This document shows positions 62,494-64,000 of a DNA stretch of 64,000 nucleotides, one piece after another. The notes under the pieces were generated by a model. The model saw only the letters and a list, made by a program, of their open reading frames with translations. It was not told where the DNA came from and searched no databases. Source of the DNA: Bacteroidales bacterium (GTDB lineage Bacteria; Bacteroidota; Bacteroidia; Bacteroidales; UBA932); assembly GCA_017550525.1 (NCBI GenBank), contig JAFZOU010000011.1, positions 42,719 through 106,718 of the forward strand, in the 5' to 3' direction. A program made the translations under genes and the position numbers. How positions within the stretch are numbered: the first letter of the stretch is position 1; each line of letters begins with the position of its first letter.

Positions 62494-64000
62494 ATGAAAA
62501 GCACGAGCATACTCCTTGCAGCAGTGGTCTGCATTTTTACCTTTGGGGCTTGTAATAATAAAGACGGCCATGGTGGCGGCGGTTCCGGCAGTAACGTCAA
62601 GGTGATATCATCAAATGTCACCGGCGGAAACTTCTCCGGCGCAAAGGCCCTTGCAGTTGCATCAAAATCCACTTCTGCAAAAAGCATAACCAAGGCAGGC
62701 ACAGAGGGGGAAGATATGCTTTACAAACTCTCTGAAGACAATACCTTCATTGAGGTAACATATAACTTCCGTGTAGAGGTTGAGGGAGAGGATTCGGAGA
62801 CTGTAAGCCAGCAGGTCCAGGCCAGCATGCGTATCAGTCCCAATTTCATCTTTGCCGTGGGTGAGAAATGGCTCTGGCTTGCAAACTGCTTCCTTTATAT
62901 CCCCGGCTTTGACCAGATGGAAGGCGGCAAGGCAAAAGATATCCTGAACAAGGTAAGGGATGATTTCAATGACAAATACCGCGCAGCACACGGGGCTCAC
63001 TTCCTCATCAGGAAAAGCGACGGTGCCATGTTCAACTGGGGACAGGACGGCGGCGCTCCCTTTGCGATGCCGGACGGTTACAACCCTCCCACCATGCTTA
63101 ACGGGTGGTTCCACGCCGTTGGAGACAATCTTTACGTAAGAGAGGGCGGTTTCAACTTGAACAAGGAACAAGGCTCACCTACTGGACGTGTGGTCAAGAT
63201 AAGCGCAGGCTCAAATGCCCTCAACTATACGGAAGTCGTCCCCGCATCGGAGAATGTTTCACGCATAGTTCCCGGAGACGGAGTAATAGGCGTAATTAAG
63301 ATTGAACAGGTTAACGGCAAGTACTACCCCATCCCGTTCATCCTGTTCCCCAATTCTTCCAAACTTGTCCAGTTGACAACCAAAGAGCAAGATCCGGAGC
63401 ACACCCGCTGGTCCATTATCTCTGTTGAGAACTCATTATACGCCGTAAGGAATTACCAGCGCGGAGACTCCGGAGAAGGTTCCAACACAATAGGCCTGTA
63501 TAAGATTGATTATTCGGGAGAAACCGCCTCCGTTGGAGACAGGGTTATTGAAACTGCTGTCCGCGGTATAGGCTGGGACGACGACAAATTTATGATTGGC
63601 GCAGTATCTTCCAAGGAAACCTTCTCCTTTATGGAAGACGGAAATCCCGCGCGCCTTTACACAATATATCCTCTGAACAATGTAGTTGCCCAGCGTGACC
63701 TGCCGGCGCATTATGACGCCAATTATAACTCCTACATAGACGGCGTTGCCTGCTGCGGCGCCACAGAACAGGGATTCTATGTTTGCGACCTGTCAAAGGA
63801 CGCCGCGCAGTGGGTAGCCCTGGACTGGAGCGCTGCATCAGAGTACCAGTCCCAGGTGACACGGTTAACCCCGGATCATTTTGAGGCCGCCTTTATGGCG
63901 CTCCGCTACCTTGGACAGACCTCAGACGGAAAGAACCTCACCTTCTGGGCGCCCGTAACCGGAAAATCGGCAGGAAAACTGGCTCTGATGACAGACCCGG
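62494..64000 (+). CDS. hypothetical lipoprotein, 5' part (more than 500 codons; continues beyond the window); not in the ORF track
   Basis: ATG at 62494 is preceded by TAtaTTTG (62467-62474). Frame 1 is open to base 64000. It has a signal peptide and lipobox MKSTSILLAAVVCIFTFGACNN followed by a Gly-rich linker. I recognise no family. Confidence 0.7.
   Translation, partial: MKSTSILLAAVVCIFTFGACNNKDGHGGGGSGSNVKVISSNVTGGNFSGAKALAVASKSTSAKSITKAGTEGEDMLYKLSEDNTFIEVTYNFRVEVEGEDSETVSQQVQASMRISPNFIFAVGEKWLWLANCFLYIPGFDQMEGGKAKDILNKVRDDFNDKYRAAHGAHFLIRKSDGAMFNWGQDGGAPFAMPDGYNPPTMLNGWFHAVGDNLYVREGGFNLNKEQGSPTGRVVKISAGSNALNYTEVVPASENVSRIVPGDGVIGVIKIEQVNGKYYPIPFILFPNSSKLVQLTTKEQDPEHTRWSIISVENSLYAVRNYQRGDSGEGSNTIGLYKIDYSGETASVGDRVIETAVRGIGWDDDKFMIGAVSSKETFSFMEDGNPARLYTIYPLNNVVAQRDLPAHYDANYNSYIDGVACCGATEQGFYVCDLSKDAAQWVALDWSAASEYQSQVTRLTPDHFEAAFMALRYLGQTSDGKNLTFWAPVTGKSAGKLALMTDP

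Overview
This is a chromosomal segment from a Bacteroidota (Bacteroidales-type) genome. The assignment rests on recurrent TAnnTTTG -7 promoter boxes, many lipoprotein signal peptides, SusB/SusG-like starch enzymes, and DUF3109/DUF2207/LemA-type genes. Most of the window is tightly packed housekeeping DNA:

- galM (3' end), menA, a Sel1-repeat protein and an ABC ATPase
- a minus-strand xylose operon (xylB-xylA-xylE plus a split transketolase) that starts 3 nt after a tRNA-Pro(UGG) gene
- DUF2207/LemA/DUF975 membrane proteins, uvrA, and a TonB-dependent receptor with a small lipoprotein
- a starch-degradation enzyme block (GH13 SusG-like, GH13, GH97 SusB-like) coupled to a uridine-kinase-like fusion gene
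- lysS-pspC-trmH, an Xaa-Pro aminopeptidase, hemW, topA, and the wall/shape genes mrcA, ddl, prmC, mreBCD, mrdA and rodA
- ispD, a U32 peptidase and an SDR

The observations most worth follow-up are:

1. A tRNA-Leu(UAA) gene (61636-61933) is split between U34 and A35 by a 213-nt ORF-less group I (IC3-like) intron. Its core elements are recognisable. A spurious 203-aa antisense ORF covers it in the track.
2. A ~138-bp structured intergenic repeat family is built on GCCGTGTTGAC/GTCAACACGGC inverted repeats and carries an embedded terminator-like hairpin. Four same-orientation copies are present. Three lie within 3.2 kb, and one of those ends 3 nt from the stop of an IS200-like HUH/Y1 (RAYT-like) transposase homologue.
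3. A 22-bp x4 tandem array of the palindrome TGGACCTGGTCCA lies next to one repeat copy.
4. The window's longest non-coding gap (33243-34021) holds a promoter, a candidate ~80-nt structured RNA, and an unlisted 55-aa very basic ORF with its own terminator. The RNA has 10-nt perfect complementarity to the ORF's initiation region.
5. An in-frame 21-nt tandem duplication lies inside a SpoU/TrmH methyltransferase gene.
6. Tandem HicAB and VapBC toxin-antitoxin modules sit directly upstream of the U32 peptidase gene.
7. A decayed integrase N-terminal fragment lies beside the tRNA-Leu, followed by a long lipoprotein ORF that runs off the window and is absent from the ORF track.

No CRISPR array, rRNA gene or intact mobile element was seen. 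All calls come from reading the sequence and translations by eye. No database search was run.
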